DNA from: Gammaproteobacteria bacterium
Lineage (GTDB): Bacteria > Pseudomonadota > Gammaproteobacteria > Eutrophobiales > Eutrophobiaceae
Direction of reading: 5' to 3'
DNA: 64,000 nucleotides
Assembly (NCBI GenBank): GCA_965221695.1
Contig: OZ244905.1
Location: 672,001 to 736,000, forward strand
Position numbers and translations under genes: made by a program. Position 1 is the first letter of the stretch. Every line of letters begins with the position of its first letter. Of this stretch, positions 1-9,559 are shown one piece after another. The notes beneath the pieces are model-generated. The model made no database searches and was not told where the DNA came from. It saw nothing but the letters and a program-made list of their open reading frames with translations.

Positions 1-454
1 CACGCATGTCGGGAAAAGACAGGTCCGCCGTGGTAATGCCTTCGATCTTGGTGCACCAGCCGGCATAATAGCGCAACGACTCGGCCGCGCCAGCGGCATC
101 CAGGTGGCGCGCCAGTTCGATAGGCTTGCCCTGGTTCAGCGCCTCCATCTGTGCCAGCTCTTCCGCGTGGGCATCAACCAGGTCGGCCAGCTTCCACATC
201 AGTTTGGCGCGTTCTGTCGGCATCATCCTTCTCCATTCCTGCCGCTCGAAGGCATTGCGCGCGGCCGTTACGGCCCGGTCAACATCCGTCCTGTCGCCCG
301 CATAGGTTACGGCAATCTGTTCACCGGTCGCAGGGTTCAGTGCCGGGATGGTTTCCCCGTTTGCCGCTTCCACCCATTCGCCGTTAATCAGCATGGGCCT
401 GGGAGTTGCCGGAAAACGGCTGACCTTTTCACTCGCTTTATGTTCTAGAGCCAT
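1..454 (-). CDS. Aldehyde dehydrogenase (aromatic/phenylacetaldehyde-type), N-terminal part; runs off window start
   Basis: Manual translation from ATG at 454: MALEHKASEKVSRFPATPRPMLINGEWVEAANGETIPALNPATGEQIA...LRYYAGWCTKIEG, a typical ALDH N-terminus; RBS AGGAGA just upstream. Not in the ORF track because it is truncated. Confidence 0.9.
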   Translation of the reverse strand, partial: MALEHKASEKVSRFPATPRPMLINGEWVEAANGETIPALNPATGEQIAVTYAGDRTDVDRAVTAARNAFERQEWRRMMPTERAKLMWKLADLVDAHAEELAQMEALNQGKPIELARHLDAAGAAESLRYYAGWCTKIEGITTADLSFPDMR

Positions 455-529
455 CAAAGGGGTCTCCTAAATCCTCACAAATAGGTCTCCGGACACCCAA
501 ACTGTTGGCACAGACCAGGGCATTCCCCC

Positions 530-561
530 GTACCACTCCCGCAACAGCAGGAGTCCAGTCA
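530..561 (+). repeat. REP-like palindrome (degenerate copy)
   Basis: gtaccactcccgcaacagcaggagtccagtca matches the family GTACCAYTCCCRCGRAAGYGGGARTCCAG. Confidence 0.75.
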
Positions 562-767
562 TATCCTGTCCAGAATGTACATTTACTACACCTAATAATT
601 GGTATCAATTACCGATGAAATATCTAACAAGAATAAATTATCTATGTAATACATACAGTTAGATAAAAAACATGATTAATATCTGATATTTTCGAGATGA
701 TTCACAGATTGACTATTCTATAATTTTGTTGTACAAAATGGAACAGAAATCGAGGGGAGCGCTGCCC

Positions 768-2183
768 ATGTACCAACCTGACTATTCCGAATTCGACAGT
801 TTTGACTCCAAAGACCTGTGGCAAAAAGATCAAGCGCATGTGATCCACCCACAATGCGTCTGGCCCAGCTTCAAGGAAAAGGGCTGCACTGTATTTGTCA
901 AGGGTGAAGGCGCTTATGTCTACGACGCGGACGGCAACCGCTACCTGGATTCCAACGGTGGTCTTTGGTCGGTGAACATAGGCTACGGCAATGCGGAACT
1001 GGCTGAGGCCATTGCTGAGCAGGCTCGCTTACTGCCCCAGGTGAACCACTTCGGCGACTGTACTTCAGCGCCAGCGGTGGAACTGGCGGCAAAACTGGCC
1101 GGCATGACACCGGGCGACCTGAACCACGTGTTCTACACCAACGGTGGCACCGACGCAAACGACAGCGCGATGCGGATGATCCACCATTACTTCATCCTGC
1201 AGGGCAAACCGGAAAAGAAACATGTCATTGCCAGGACCGACGGCTACCACGGCACCTCCTACATGATGGCTTCGGTCAGCGGCAAGGCCAACATCCGGCG
1301 CAACCGGTTCCACTATGTGGACGACATTACCCACCTGATCTCCTCGCCCAGCAACTACCGGCGGCCTGTCGGGGTCTCCCTGGAAGAATTCTGTGATATG
1401 CAAGTGCAGGAACTGGAAGACAAGATCCTGCAGATCGGCCCCGAGCGCGTGGCCTGTTTCATCTGCGAACCGATCATGGGGGTTGGCGGCGTGCATGAAC
1501 CTGCCCCCGGTTTTCACAGGAAGGCGCGTGAACTGTGCAGGCAATACGGCGTGTTATACGTGCACGACGAAGTGATCACTGCATTCGGACGCCTGGGTCA
1601 CTGGTTCGCGTCCGAAGATGTATATGGCCTTGTACCGGACATTATCTGTTGCGCCAAGGGCATCACGTCCGGCTACCAGCCGCTGGGGGCAGCCCTGATT
1701 TCCGCAGAAATCTTCGATGTCATCAGTTCAGCCGGCAAGGAATCGTCTTTTGCTCAAGGGTACACCTACACCGGGCATCCGGTGTGCTGCGCCGCCGCGC
1801 TGAAGAACCTGGAGATCATGGAGCGGGAACGGCTGCTGGAACATGTGCGCAGCGTGGGACCGTATTTTGAACAGAAAATATTCGAGCTGGCCGACCTGCC
1901 CTTAGTCGGTGACGCACGCGGCAGAAGCTTCATGTTTGCGCTGGAATTCGTACGCGACAAGCATACCAAGGAACTGTTCACTCCCGAGGTGCAAATCGCC
2001 ACCCGGGTAACCGATGCGGCCAGGCGGCGCGGGCTGGTAGCACGCGGCATCGGTGAAATGGCGTTGTTCTCCCCTCCGCTGATACTGACCAGGGAGCAGA
2101 TCGATTTCATCGCCGAGACGCTGCGCGCCAGTATTGAGGAGGTGGCAAGCGACCTGGTTCGGGAAGGACTCTGGCAGGGATAA
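768..2183 (+). CDS. Class III PLP-dependent aminotransferase (omega-amine/polyamine-type)
   Basis: Motifs LDSNGGLW, EPIMGVGG, DEVITAFGRLG and AKGITSGY (PLP lysine). ATG at 768 follows GAGGGGAG; the ORF track starts at TTG 726. Confidence 0.92.
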   Translation: MYQPDYSEFDSFDSKDLWQKDQAHVIHPQCVWPSFKEKGCTVFVKGEGAYVYDADGNRYLDSNGGLWSVNIGYGNAELAEAIAEQARLLPQVNHFGDCTSAPAVELAAKLAGMTPGDLNHVFYTNGGTDANDSAMRMIHHYFILQGKPEKKHVIARTDGYHGTSYMMASVSGKANIRRNRFHYVDDITHLISSPSNYRRPVGVSLEEFCDMQVQELEDKILQIGPERVACFICEPIMGVGGVHEPAPGFHRKARELCRQYGVLYVHDEVITAFGRLGHWFASEDVYGLVPDIICCAKGITSGYQPLGAALISAEIFDVISSAGKESSFAQGYTYTGHPVCCAAALKNLEIMERERLLEHVRSVGPYFEQKIFELADLPLVGDARGRSFMFALEFVRDKHTKELFTPEVQIATRVTDAARRRGLVARGIGEMALFSPPLILTREQIDFIAETLRASIEEVASDLVREGLWQG

Positions 2184-2253
2184 CGAGCATGGGGGAGGAT
2201 TTGGGTTTAACAGTAACAAGCTTAAATTCATCCCGACCGGTAAATACTGAATC

Positions 2254-3438
2254 ATGCTGAGACTACTGGTCGGCCACCCGGCGTCACGGGTTGAAATCAA
2301 CAGCCTGAGGCTGATCGTTGCGGCGCTGGTTATCCACACTATCGGCCCGCAGACAGTGTTGCTGTTGCCCGGTTTTGTACAGGGACTGGTCGAATACGTG
2401 GGCTTCACCGAGGCGGAAGCGGGATTTATCGCCTCAGCGGAGATGATCGGCATGACCAGCGCAACCATCGCGATGATGTTCCTGGTGGCGCGGGTAAACT
2501 GGCGCCATGTGTTCGCGATATCACTGCTGCTGCTGATCATCGGCAATATCGCCTCTATTTTCATAACGGACCTGCGCTTGTTCTGTGCGCTCCGGTTTAT
2601 CACCGGCATCGGCGGCGGCTTCATCGTGTCCCTGTCCTACACCGTTTTCGGCCTGACCGCGAAAGCTGACCGCAATTTCGGGCTGGGGATTTTTTTCGTC
2701 CTAGTCTACTCCGCTGCTGTCTACCCGTTCCTGCCATGGATATTCAGCAGCTTTGGCATGCCGGGCCTGTTGCTGTTTTTCGCTGCGTTTGCGCTGATCG
2801 GCCTGCCGTTCGTGCGCATGATGCCGGTATCCGGTGAGGAACACCGGGAAATCGACGAGAATGCGCGGCATATTGACCGGAATCGGAAGGGCATGGCGCT
2901 GGCAGCGATGTTCATTTACTTTGTCGCCGCATTTGCGGTATGGACTTACCTGTTCCGCATGGGTATCCATGCCGGAATCACCGAACAGGAAGTTGCCAAC
3001 AGCCTGTCCGTTTCCCAGTTCCTGGGTATGGCTGGCGCATTTACGGCGGCGCTGCTTGGCGCACGCTACCGGCGCAGCCTGATGCTTACCCTGGGTATCA
3101 TAGGTACCGCCCTGCCTTTGTCGTTTCTGTTTGACGCGCCCGGCGCCCTGGCCTTCCTGGTAATCGTATGCGCGTTCCAATATGCGTGGAACCTGTCCCA
3201 TCCTTACCTGCTGGCCGCGATGGCCAGTTTTGACCCGACCGGCAAGATGGTCGTGTACGCCACGGCCATGCAGTTCCTGGGTGTCAGCGCCGGACCCGCC
3301 GCAGCGGCCATGCTGGTCGGGGAAGACAGCTACCGCAGCGTGTTGCTCCTCGGAATTATCTTGTTCCTGGTTTCACTGGCGTTTATTCTTTCTCCGGTCA
3401 TTGCGCGGGAAAGATTGGAAATCAAGCATGACAAGTAA
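2254..3438 (+). CDS. MFS transporter
   Basis: About 12 hydrophobic segments, with an RFITGIGGG MFS-like motif. Confidence 0.85.
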   Translation: MLRLLVGHPASRVEINSLRLIVAALVIHTIGPQTVLLLPGFVQGLVEYVGFTEAEAGFIASAEMIGMTSATIAMMFLVARVNWRHVFAISLLLLIIGNIASIFITDLRLFCALRFITGIGGGFIVSLSYTVFGLTAKADRNFGLGIFFVLVYSAAVYPFLPWIFSSFGMPGLLLFFAAFALIGLPFVRMMPVSGEEHREIDENARHIDRNRKGMALAAMFIYFVAAFAVWTYLFRMGIHAGITEQEVANSLSVSQFLGMAGAFTAALLGARYRRSLMLTLGIIGTALPLSFLFDAPGALAFLVIVCAFQYAWNLSHPYLLAAMASFDPTGKMVVYATAMQFLGVSAGPAAAAMLVGEDSYRSVLLLGIILFLVSLAFILSPVIARERLEIKHDK

Positions 3439-3491
3439 TGCAGCAGGCCGGCGAACACCAAAGTTGAGACTATTCTATTGCTGACAGTAAA

Positions 3492-4592
3492 ATGCCTATT
3501 AGCACAACAGCAGCCGTCGTATATGAGCCCGGTGGACAATTCAAACTGGAAACCGTGGAACTGGATGAACCGCGTGGCGATGAAATCCTCATACGGGTCG
3601 ATGCCTGCGGGGTCTGCCACACCGACCTCATTGCCCAGGGAGAACTGACGCCGCTGCCGGCAGTTCTGGGCCACGAAGGCACCGGCGTAGTGAAAGCGGT
3701 CGGCAGCGCAGTACAACGGATAAAGCCCGGCGACCGGGTGCTGGTCTCCTATCCCTGGTGCGGCTCCTGTCCCAAATGCGCCGAAGGCCGTCCCTATATC
3801 TGCAACGATGCGATCGCACTGAGTTTCAATGGCACACGCGCGGACGGTTCCATGCCGATCTCACTGGCCGGCACGCCCCTATCCAGCGCTTTTTTTCAAC
3901 AATCCACGTTTGCAGAACACGCGCTGACACTGGAACGCGATGTGGTGCGTATTGACAACGACATGCCTCCTGAACTGCTCGCCGCGCTACCGTGCGGGAT
4001 CCAAACCGGTGCAGGTTCGATCATTAACACCTTCAAAGCCTCAGCCCGAAACAACCTGGCAGTGTTCGGCGCCGGTGCAGTGGGCTTGAGCGCAGTGATG
4101 ATGGCCGGGGTGCTCGGCCTCTCGCCGATCATCGCAGTGGATGTCAACCGGATGCGACTCGACCTGGCGCTGGAACTGGGGGCCACACACGCGCTGGATG
4201 CCCGCGAAGATGAGGTTGCCCGCAGCCTCCTGGAGATTGTGCCCGGCGGCCTGCATTTTTCCCTTGAAACATCCTCCAACGAGCAAGCTCTTGAGGACGC
4301 CGTCGCCTGCCTGGGTATGGAGGGAGTGTGCGGCATGGTGACCGCGCCGCGTTTCGGTGAGAAATACCCGTTCTCACCCTCGGATGTAATGATCAAGGCC
4401 GCCAGCCTGCGCGGCATCATCCAAGGCTCCTCAGTGCCGGCAACCTTCCTGCCCAGGCTGATCGAGTTGCAGCAGCAAGGACAGTTCCCGGTCGAACGCC
4501 TGGTCAAAACCTACGACTTTGCCGATATCAACCAAGCCTTTGCCGATTCTCATTCCGGCACGGCGATCAAACCGGTGCTGAAGATGTACTGA
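3492..4592 (+). CDS. Zn-dependent (aryl-)alcohol dehydrogenase
   Basis: CHTD, GHEG, CxxCxxC structural Zn site, GAGAVG; benzyl-alcohol dehydrogenase-like. Confidence 0.9.
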   Translation: MPISTTAAVVYEPGGQFKLETVELDEPRGDEILIRVDACGVCHTDLIAQGELTPLPAVLGHEGTGVVKAVGSAVQRIKPGDRVLVSYPWCGSCPKCAEGRPYICNDAIALSFNGTRADGSMPISLAGTPLSSAFFQQSTFAEHALTLERDVVRIDNDMPPELLAALPCGIQTGAGSIINTFKASARNNLAVFGAGAVGLSAVMMAGVLGLSPIIAVDVNRMRLDLALELGATHALDAREDEVARSLLEIVPGGLHFSLETSSNEQALEDAVACLGMEGVCGMVTAPRFGEKYPFSPSDVMIKAASLRGIIQGSSVPATFLPRLIELQQQGQFPVERLVKTYDFADINQAFADSHSGTAIKPVLKMY

Positions 4593-4612
4593 GAGGCGAA
4601 AATTTCCGCCTC
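4593..4612. terminator. Possible hairpin terminator between convergent genes
   Basis: gaggcgaaaatttccgcctc inverted repeat directly after the ADH stop. Confidence 0.45.
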
Positions 4613-4621
4613 ATTTGGCTG

Positions 4622-4897
4622 TTATGAATTAACGCCTGATACGACCTTTTCAGCAAGCCATGTTTTTATCAGTGATTGATATGGCACATCCCTTTTATTC
4701 GCTTCAATTTTAATTCGGTCAAGCAATATTTCAGGGAGCCTGATAGAAATCGTTTTCGTTGACGGCTTCAAATTTGGCAGGTAAACAATCTCTGCCTTGT
4801 TCCAATCGACATAATCGCTGGAATCATGGTTTTCCCAAAACTGCCGTTCTTCCGCTTCTTCCCTGAAATCAGGGATCGGTTTTAACTGTTCTTTCAT
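4622..4897 (-). CDS. BrnA/CopG-family antitoxin (orphan)
   Basis: MKEQLKPIPDFREEAEERQFWENHDSSDY...TKTISIRLP...IKIEANKRDVPYQSLIKTWL; no BrnT toxin ORF upstream. Confidence 0.85.
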   Translation of the reverse strand: MKEQLKPIPDFREEAEERQFWENHDSSDYVDWNKAEIVYLPNLKPSTKTISIRLPEILLDRIKIEANKRDVPYQSLIKTWLAEKVVSGVNS

Positions 4898-5112
4898 ATG
4901 AGGCCATCTCTTTGCCGAACTCGGCACCTTGAGCGCCGCCGAGGTTCTTGCCTGGAACCAGTGGCTGCCCATGTCATGGGGCGCGGCAGGGTGTAGATGC
5001 ACCGTAAAATTTATCTCCATGCCAGCATAACATCAAAATCATGAATACTCAGTATTTTCCAATAAGAAACGAACTTGTCCCACTTGTGCCATTGAACTAT
5101 ACTCCTCCGTAA

Positions 5113-5334
5113 ATGAATGAAAAAAAGGTAATTGTTTCCAATTCAAATGTAATGAGTGGCGCCTATGTTTTCTGTGGCACACGCGTGCCATTTCAAACAA
5201 TAATGGACTACTTGGAGAGTGGCGAAAACCTTGATACATTTCTCAAAGACTTCCCAACAGTCAGCCGCCAACAAGCAATTACGGCCCTTGAACAAGCAAA
5301 GCGTGCTTTAACTAATGAAGTTGCTGTTGGATGA
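5113..5334 (+). CDS. DUF433-family antitoxin-like protein
   Basis: VMSGAYVFCGTRVPFQTIMDYLESGENLDTFLKDFPTV is a typical DUF433 signature. Confidence 0.85.
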   Translation: MNEKKVIVSNSNVMSGAYVFCGTRVPFQTIMDYLESGENLDTFLKDFPTVSRQQAITALEQAKRALTNEVAVG

Positions 5335-5395
5335 ATCTGTTCCTAAACGGATCAAATCCGACTTATCAGAGTTCGATGTGAAATCTGTACCTTGA
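5315..5395 (+). pseudogene. Truncated DUF5615 (PIN-like) toxin
   Basis: Overlaps the DUF433 3' end; translates MKLLLDESVPKRIKSDLSEFDVKSVP* (26 aa), i.e. only the N-terminus of the PIN domain. Confidence 0.75.
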
Positions 5396-5462
5396 AAGCG
5401 GCCAATTCTATCGCATCGGGTAAGAGACTGACATAGCAGTATATCTGAGTTCAACTCAGCAC

Positions 5463-6719
5463 ATGAAAGCCATTATCGTCGGCGCAGGAATTGGAGGTCT
5501 GACTGCAGCTCTGAAGCTGCACGGGATCGGCTGGGATGTCGAAGTGTACGAGAGTGTGCGTCAGATCAGGCCTCTTGGCGTGGGCATCAACCTGCTTCCC
5601 CACGGTACACTGGAACTGGTAAGCCTGGGCCTGGCTGATGAACTGGCAGCCACGGCAATAGAAACCCGGGTGCTAGAGTTCTATACCCGACATGGCAAGC
5701 TAATCCTGTCCGACCCGCGTGGTATCGCCGCCGGATTTCCCGTACCCCAGTATTCCATCCACCGCGGCGTGTTACAGATGCTGCTGCTTAATGGATTCAC
5801 TGCCAGGGCAGGCGCGGGTAAGGTGCATACCGGTTGCCGCTTCACCGGTTACCGTGAAGATGCCGGACAGGTGGTTGCTCGGTTCGCGGACCCCGACACC
5901 GGGGAGCAGACAGCCGAGGCGTGCGCAGATGTGTTGATCGGCGCGGACGGCATCCATTCAGCCTTGAGAGCGCATTTTTATCCAAAGGAGGGGCCGCCGG
6001 TGTTTGCCGGCATAATGATGTGGCGCGGAGCACATGAACAGGCGCCGTTTGCCGACGGGCGTACCTGGTTTATTGCCGGTTACGGGGATTTGAAGTGCGT
6101 CGTGTACCCCATATCAGCAAACGCAGCGGCGCGCGGGCAGTCGCTGATCAACTGGGTGGCCGAGATCCGTATTTCCGACGCCAAACCCCTGCATCCCGGC
6201 GACTGGAACCGGCGCGGGAATCGTGATTTCATCGAATCCTTCAAGGGATTCTCCCTGGATTACCTGGACATTATCGATCTTTTCCATAACACCGAGGCGG
6301 TTTACGAGTATCCGATGATTGACCGGGACCCGGTCCCACGCTGGAGTTTCGGTCGCGTGACCCTGCTGGGCGATGCGGCGCATCCTATGTATCCCGTCGG
6401 GGCCAACGGCGCGACCCAGGCAATACTGGATGCGGCCTGCCTGGCGGATGAACTGGCGCACAATCCGCCCGTGGAGGCCCTGCTGACCTACCAGGAGAAA
6501 CGCCTGCCTGCGACCCGGGAGGTGGTGTTGAGCAATCGGGGGCGCGGTCCGGAGAAGGTGTTGGACCTGGTGGAACAGCGCGCAACTGGACCGAAGGACA
6601 GGATCGAAGATCTCATTACCCCGGACGAACTACAGGAGATTACCCTGAATTACCGCAGGACGGCCGGTTTCAATGTTGAACTGGTGAACCGGCGCGCGCG
6701 GGAGTTGGGAATTGGTTAA
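5463..6719 (+). CDS. Group A FAD-dependent monooxygenase (aromatic hydroxylase-like)
   Basis: GAGIGG, ADGIHS and LGDAAHPMYPVGANGATQA fingerprints. Confidence 0.9.
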   Translation: MKAIIVGAGIGGLTAALKLHGIGWDVEVYESVRQIRPLGVGINLLPHGTLELVSLGLADELAATAIETRVLEFYTRHGKLILSDPRGIAAGFPVPQYSIHRGVLQMLLLNGFTARAGAGKVHTGCRFTGYREDAGQVVARFADPDTGEQTAEACADVLIGADGIHSALRAHFYPKEGPPVFAGIMMWRGAHEQAPFADGRTWFIAGYGDLKCVVYPISANAAARGQSLINWVAEIRISDAKPLHPGDWNRRGNRDFIESFKGFSLDYLDIIDLFHNTEAVYEYPMIDRDPVPRWSFGRVTLLGDAAHPMYPVGANGATQAILDAACLADELAHNPPVEALLTYQEKRLPATREVVLSNRGRGPEKVLDLVEQRATGPKDRIEDLITPDELQEITLNYRRTAGFNVELVNRRARELGIG

Positions 6720-6832
6720 TTTTGGGGCCAAAGTAATATTAGAACTCGCTAGACTGCCGGCACGTTCGGCTCGAATTTTACTCTGACCCCGGATCTCCTC
6801 TTCTTAGGGGATGTTGGAAAAAACAGGTTTTT

Positions 6833-7123
6833 TTATTCGCGCCAGTAGTTGTTTGCCGCGGCAATGGTGGCAAACTCAATGGCGATGACCTCTGCGGCAT
6901 CGATCAGTATCGCACCGTCTCTGGAGTATTGGGCGCGCACTTCTTTCTTGACGGCGGAATCGGATTGCATCTCGCCGATCGACTTTCTGGCCAACTTGAT
7001 GGCCAACTGCCGTCCCTCATAGGGTGTAGCTGTGATTAGACTTCCCACGTAGTCCTCGCCGGCAATGGCGTAGCCGGGAAGCAGCGCTGCCAGAAGCAGT
7101 AACATCGGTAATTTCTTCAACAT
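6833..7123 (-). CDS. Hexameric tyrosine-coordinated heme protein (HTHP) family, with signal peptide
   Basis: SLITATPYEGRQLAIKLAR...VRAQYSRD...FATIAAANNYW resembles HTHP; N-terminus MLKKLPMLLLLAALLPGYAIA; AGGAGG RBS. Confidence 0.85.
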   Translation of the reverse strand: MLKKLPMLLLLAALLPGYAIAGEDYVGSLITATPYEGRQLAIKLARKSIGEMQSDSAVKKEVRAQYSRDGAILIDAAEVIAIEFATIAAANNYWRE

Positions 7124-7155
7124 TTTTCCTCCTACACTCACTTGGTTGAAATAAA

Positions 7156-7305
7156 GGAAGCTCCGAACAAGTACATCCTGGACTTGTCAGAGCACGCAAA
7201 ACAAAAATGCGATTTTGTTTTGCTCTCAAATTCAATGACTTACCGTCATTAAGTTTGGCGATACATCCCTGTATCGCAGGAAACTCTGACTTAATCAGAG
7301 TTTCC
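7156..7305. mobile_element. MITE-like structured repeat, copy 1 (full length, 150 bp)
   Basis: Ends GGAAGCTCCGA...TCAGAGTTTCC, flanked by TAAA on both sides; five internal hairpins; homologous to copies at 29558, 53994 and 61428. Confidence 0.8.
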
Positions 7306-7491
7306 TAAAATTATAACATATGGAGTTAGCGCCTATTACTGCTCTGTTTACAAAATGACACAAGGCCGACGCTAAGAGGAAAAATACTTGCCGAAACATT
7401 GCAGATACCTCCAATGACGCAAATAGGTTAGCCTAGTACTCTTTCAACTTGATTTTGACATGGCCAGGTTCGAGGCAAGTCCGGATTGAAA

Positions 7492-7507
7492 TAGTTGGAT
7501 CGAACTA
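7492..7507. promoter_or_regulatory. Possible GntR-type operator upstream of the lig operon
   Basis: Near-palindrome TAGTTGGATCGAACTA about 70 bp upstream of ligA. Confidence 0.3.
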
Positions 7508-7574
7508 CAGTGTGTGTGGACACAAAAGTTGTATATAATTTCTGCTCATAACCGGTCTTGAATCGGAAATAACC

Positions 7575-7976
7575 ATGAACTGGCAAAAACACGACTACGA
7601 CGACATCCCCGGCACTTACGTGTTCAACGGCGAGACTGCGCATGCGGCTTATGGTCTTAACAAGCTGCTGTTCTCCTTTAACCGGGAAGAGAACCGCAAG
7701 GACTTTGCCGCCGACCCGGGCGCGTACGCGGACAGCTTCAACCTGAGCGCGGAACAGAAGCAAGCCCTGCTGGATGATGACTACCTGGAACTGATCCGTC
7801 TGGGCGCAAACATTTATTACGTCGCCAAACTCGCGGTCCCGCGCGGGCTGACCATGCAGGATACCAGCGCTGCGTTCAAGGGCATCAGCACGGAACAGTT
7901 CAAGGCCTCGCTGGAGGCCTGGGGAGATGGCCTATCTCAACGGCTGGAGCAGGAAGGAGGGTTCTGGAATGGCTAA
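7575..7976 (+). CDS. ligA: Protocatechuate 4,5-dioxygenase alpha subunit-like
   Basis: DIPGTYVFNG...YGLNKLLFSF...LGANIYYVAKL; overlaps the beta subunit gene. Confidence 0.85.
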   Translation: MNWQKHDYDDIPGTYVFNGETAHAAYGLNKLLFSFNREENRKDFAADPGAYADSFNLSAEQKQALLDDDYLELIRLGANIYYVAKLAVPRGLTMQDTSAAFKGISTEQFKASLEAWGDGLSQRLEQEGGFWNG

Positions 7977-8811
7977 AATCGTCGGCGGCGTAACCACCTC
8001 ACATATCCCGGCCATTGGCAATGCAATGACCAACAGGCTGGAGCAGACGCCTTACTGGAAACGCTTCTTCGACGGCTATGAACCCGTGAAGGAGTGGCTG
8101 GCTGACGTGGCTCCGGATATTGCGATTGTCGTCTATAACGATCATGGGCTGAATTTCTTCCTGGACAAAATGCCCACGATGGCCCTGGGTTGCGCGGATC
8201 GTTACGAAAACGCAGATGAAGGCTGGGGGCTGCAAACCCTGGCCACGTTCACCGGGGATGCGGCGTTTTCCTGGCACCTTGCCGAGTCCCTTATCGGGCA
8301 GGAATTCGACCTGACCACTTGCCAGGAAATGTACGTGGATCATGGCTTTATCGTGCCCATGGCGCTGATGTGGCGGCACCTGCCCGAGTGGCCGGTGAAA
8401 GGGATACCGCTGGCCATCAACACGATACAACACCCTATTCCCAGCGCCCGCCGCTTGTACAAGCTCGGACGCGCCTTACGCAAGGCCATCGACTCCTACC
8501 CGGAGGACCTCAAGGTGGTTATCTTCGGTACCGGCGGCATGTCTCACCAGTTGCAGGGCGAGCGCGCCGGCATTATCGACGTGGAGTTCGACCTGAAGTG
8601 CATGGACAGCATGATATCCGACCCGGACTGGATGGCGGACCTGACCACCACGCAGATCATTGAAAAGGCCGGCACCGAAGGCGTGGAGGTAATCATGTGG
8701 ATGGTCATGCGCGGCGCGTTGAATCACGAGGTGAATGTTGTCCACAAACACTACCATGTGCCGGTCTCCAACACCGCCGCGGGCGTGCTGGTGCTGGAGG
8801 ATGCGGCCTGA
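7969..8811 (+). CDS. ligB: Protocatechuate/gallate 4,5-dioxygenase beta subunit (class III extradiol)
   Basis: [30 protein letters not shown] and GTEGVE iron-ligand motifs. Confidence 0.88.
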   Translation: MAKIVGGVTTSHIPAIGNAMTNRLEQTPYWKRFFDGYEPVKEWLADVAPDIAIVVYNDHGLNFFLDKMPTMALGCADRYENADEGWGLQTLATFTGDAAFSWHLAESLIGQEFDLTTCQEMYVDHGFIVPMALMWRHLPEWPVKGIPLAINTIQHPIPSARRLYKLGRALRKAIDSYPEDLKVVIFGTGGMSHQLQGERAGIIDVEFDLKCMDSMISDPDWMADLTTTQIIEKAGTEGVEVIMWMVMRGALNHEVNVVHKHYHVPVSNTAAGVLVLEDAA

Positions 8812-9494
8812 TGCCGGTGGTTGTAACGAATATTCAGCGAGCGCCGCGGGAACACGCTGCTGAATGCGCGGCGCTGGGCGTGGCCACGCTGCACGAGGCC
8901 CAGGGTCGCAAGGGCTTGTTTGCCCCGCGCCTGCGACCCATCTACCGGCCGGTAAGCGCTGCCGGAACGGCTATCACCTGCGAAGTGGCGCCGGGAGACA
9001 ACTGGATGATCCATGTCGCGGTGGAGCAATGCCAGCAAGGCGATATCCTGGTAGTGACCCCGTCCAGCCCTTGTTCGGACGGCTACTTCGGCGACCTGCT
9101 GGCCACCTCCCTGCAGGCGCAGGGCGTGGTGGGGTTGGTCATCGACGCCGGTGTGCGTGACGTTGCCACGCTCACCGAAATGCAATTCCCGGTCTGGTCC
9201 GCAGCAGTCTATGCGCAGGGCACGGTGAAAGAGACCTTGGGGAATGTGAATACGCCCATCACCTGCGCCGGCGCCCGGGTCAGTCCCGGCGATATGATCG
9301 TCGCCGATGACGATGGCGTTGTGGTCATTGCAAAAGATGAACTTGCCGGCGCACTGGAACAGGCCAGAAAACGGGTTGCAAACGAAGAGCAAAAACGTAA
9401 ACGCCTGGCCGCCGGCGAACTGGGCCTGGATATGTACGACATGCGCGCGCGCCTGGCTGAAAAAGGACTCAAATACGTAGAGACGGAGGACTGA
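8811..9494 (+). CDS. ligK: 4-carboxy-4-hydroxy-2-oxoadipate aldolase / oxaloacetate decarboxylase
   Basis: [44 protein letters not shown]. Confidence 0.9.
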   Translation: MPVVVTNIQRAPREHAAECAALGVATLHEAQGRKGLFAPRLRPIYRPVSAAGTAITCEVAPGDNWMIHVAVEQCQQGDILVVTPSSPCSDGYFGDLLATSLQAQGVVGLVIDAGVRDVATLTEMQFPVWSAAVYAQGTVKETLGNVNTPITCAGARVSPGDMIVADDDGVVVIAKDELAGALEQARKRVANEEQKRKRLAAGELGLDMYDMRARLAEKGLKYVETED

Positions 9495-9559
9495 CTTGAC
9501 GCCGGCAAGCCGAACAGGGACAGTTTCCAATCCGTCACCGGCAAACGAGGAATAGCCAG

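Noticed and set aside
104-448. Plus-strand ORFs 104..448 and 151..387
   Set aside because: They are antisense to the truncated aldehyde dehydrogenase gene.
4898-5020. N-terminal extension of the BrnA-like ORF, or a BrnT remnant
   Set aside because: No BrnT-like motif (e.g. RIISAR) was seen; family similarity starts at the ATG at 4897.
7156-7305. tRNA, riboswitch or simple terminator
   Set aside because: No tRNA D/T-loop consensus, no recognised aptamer and no U-tract; the element is multi-copy with terminal inverted repeats.
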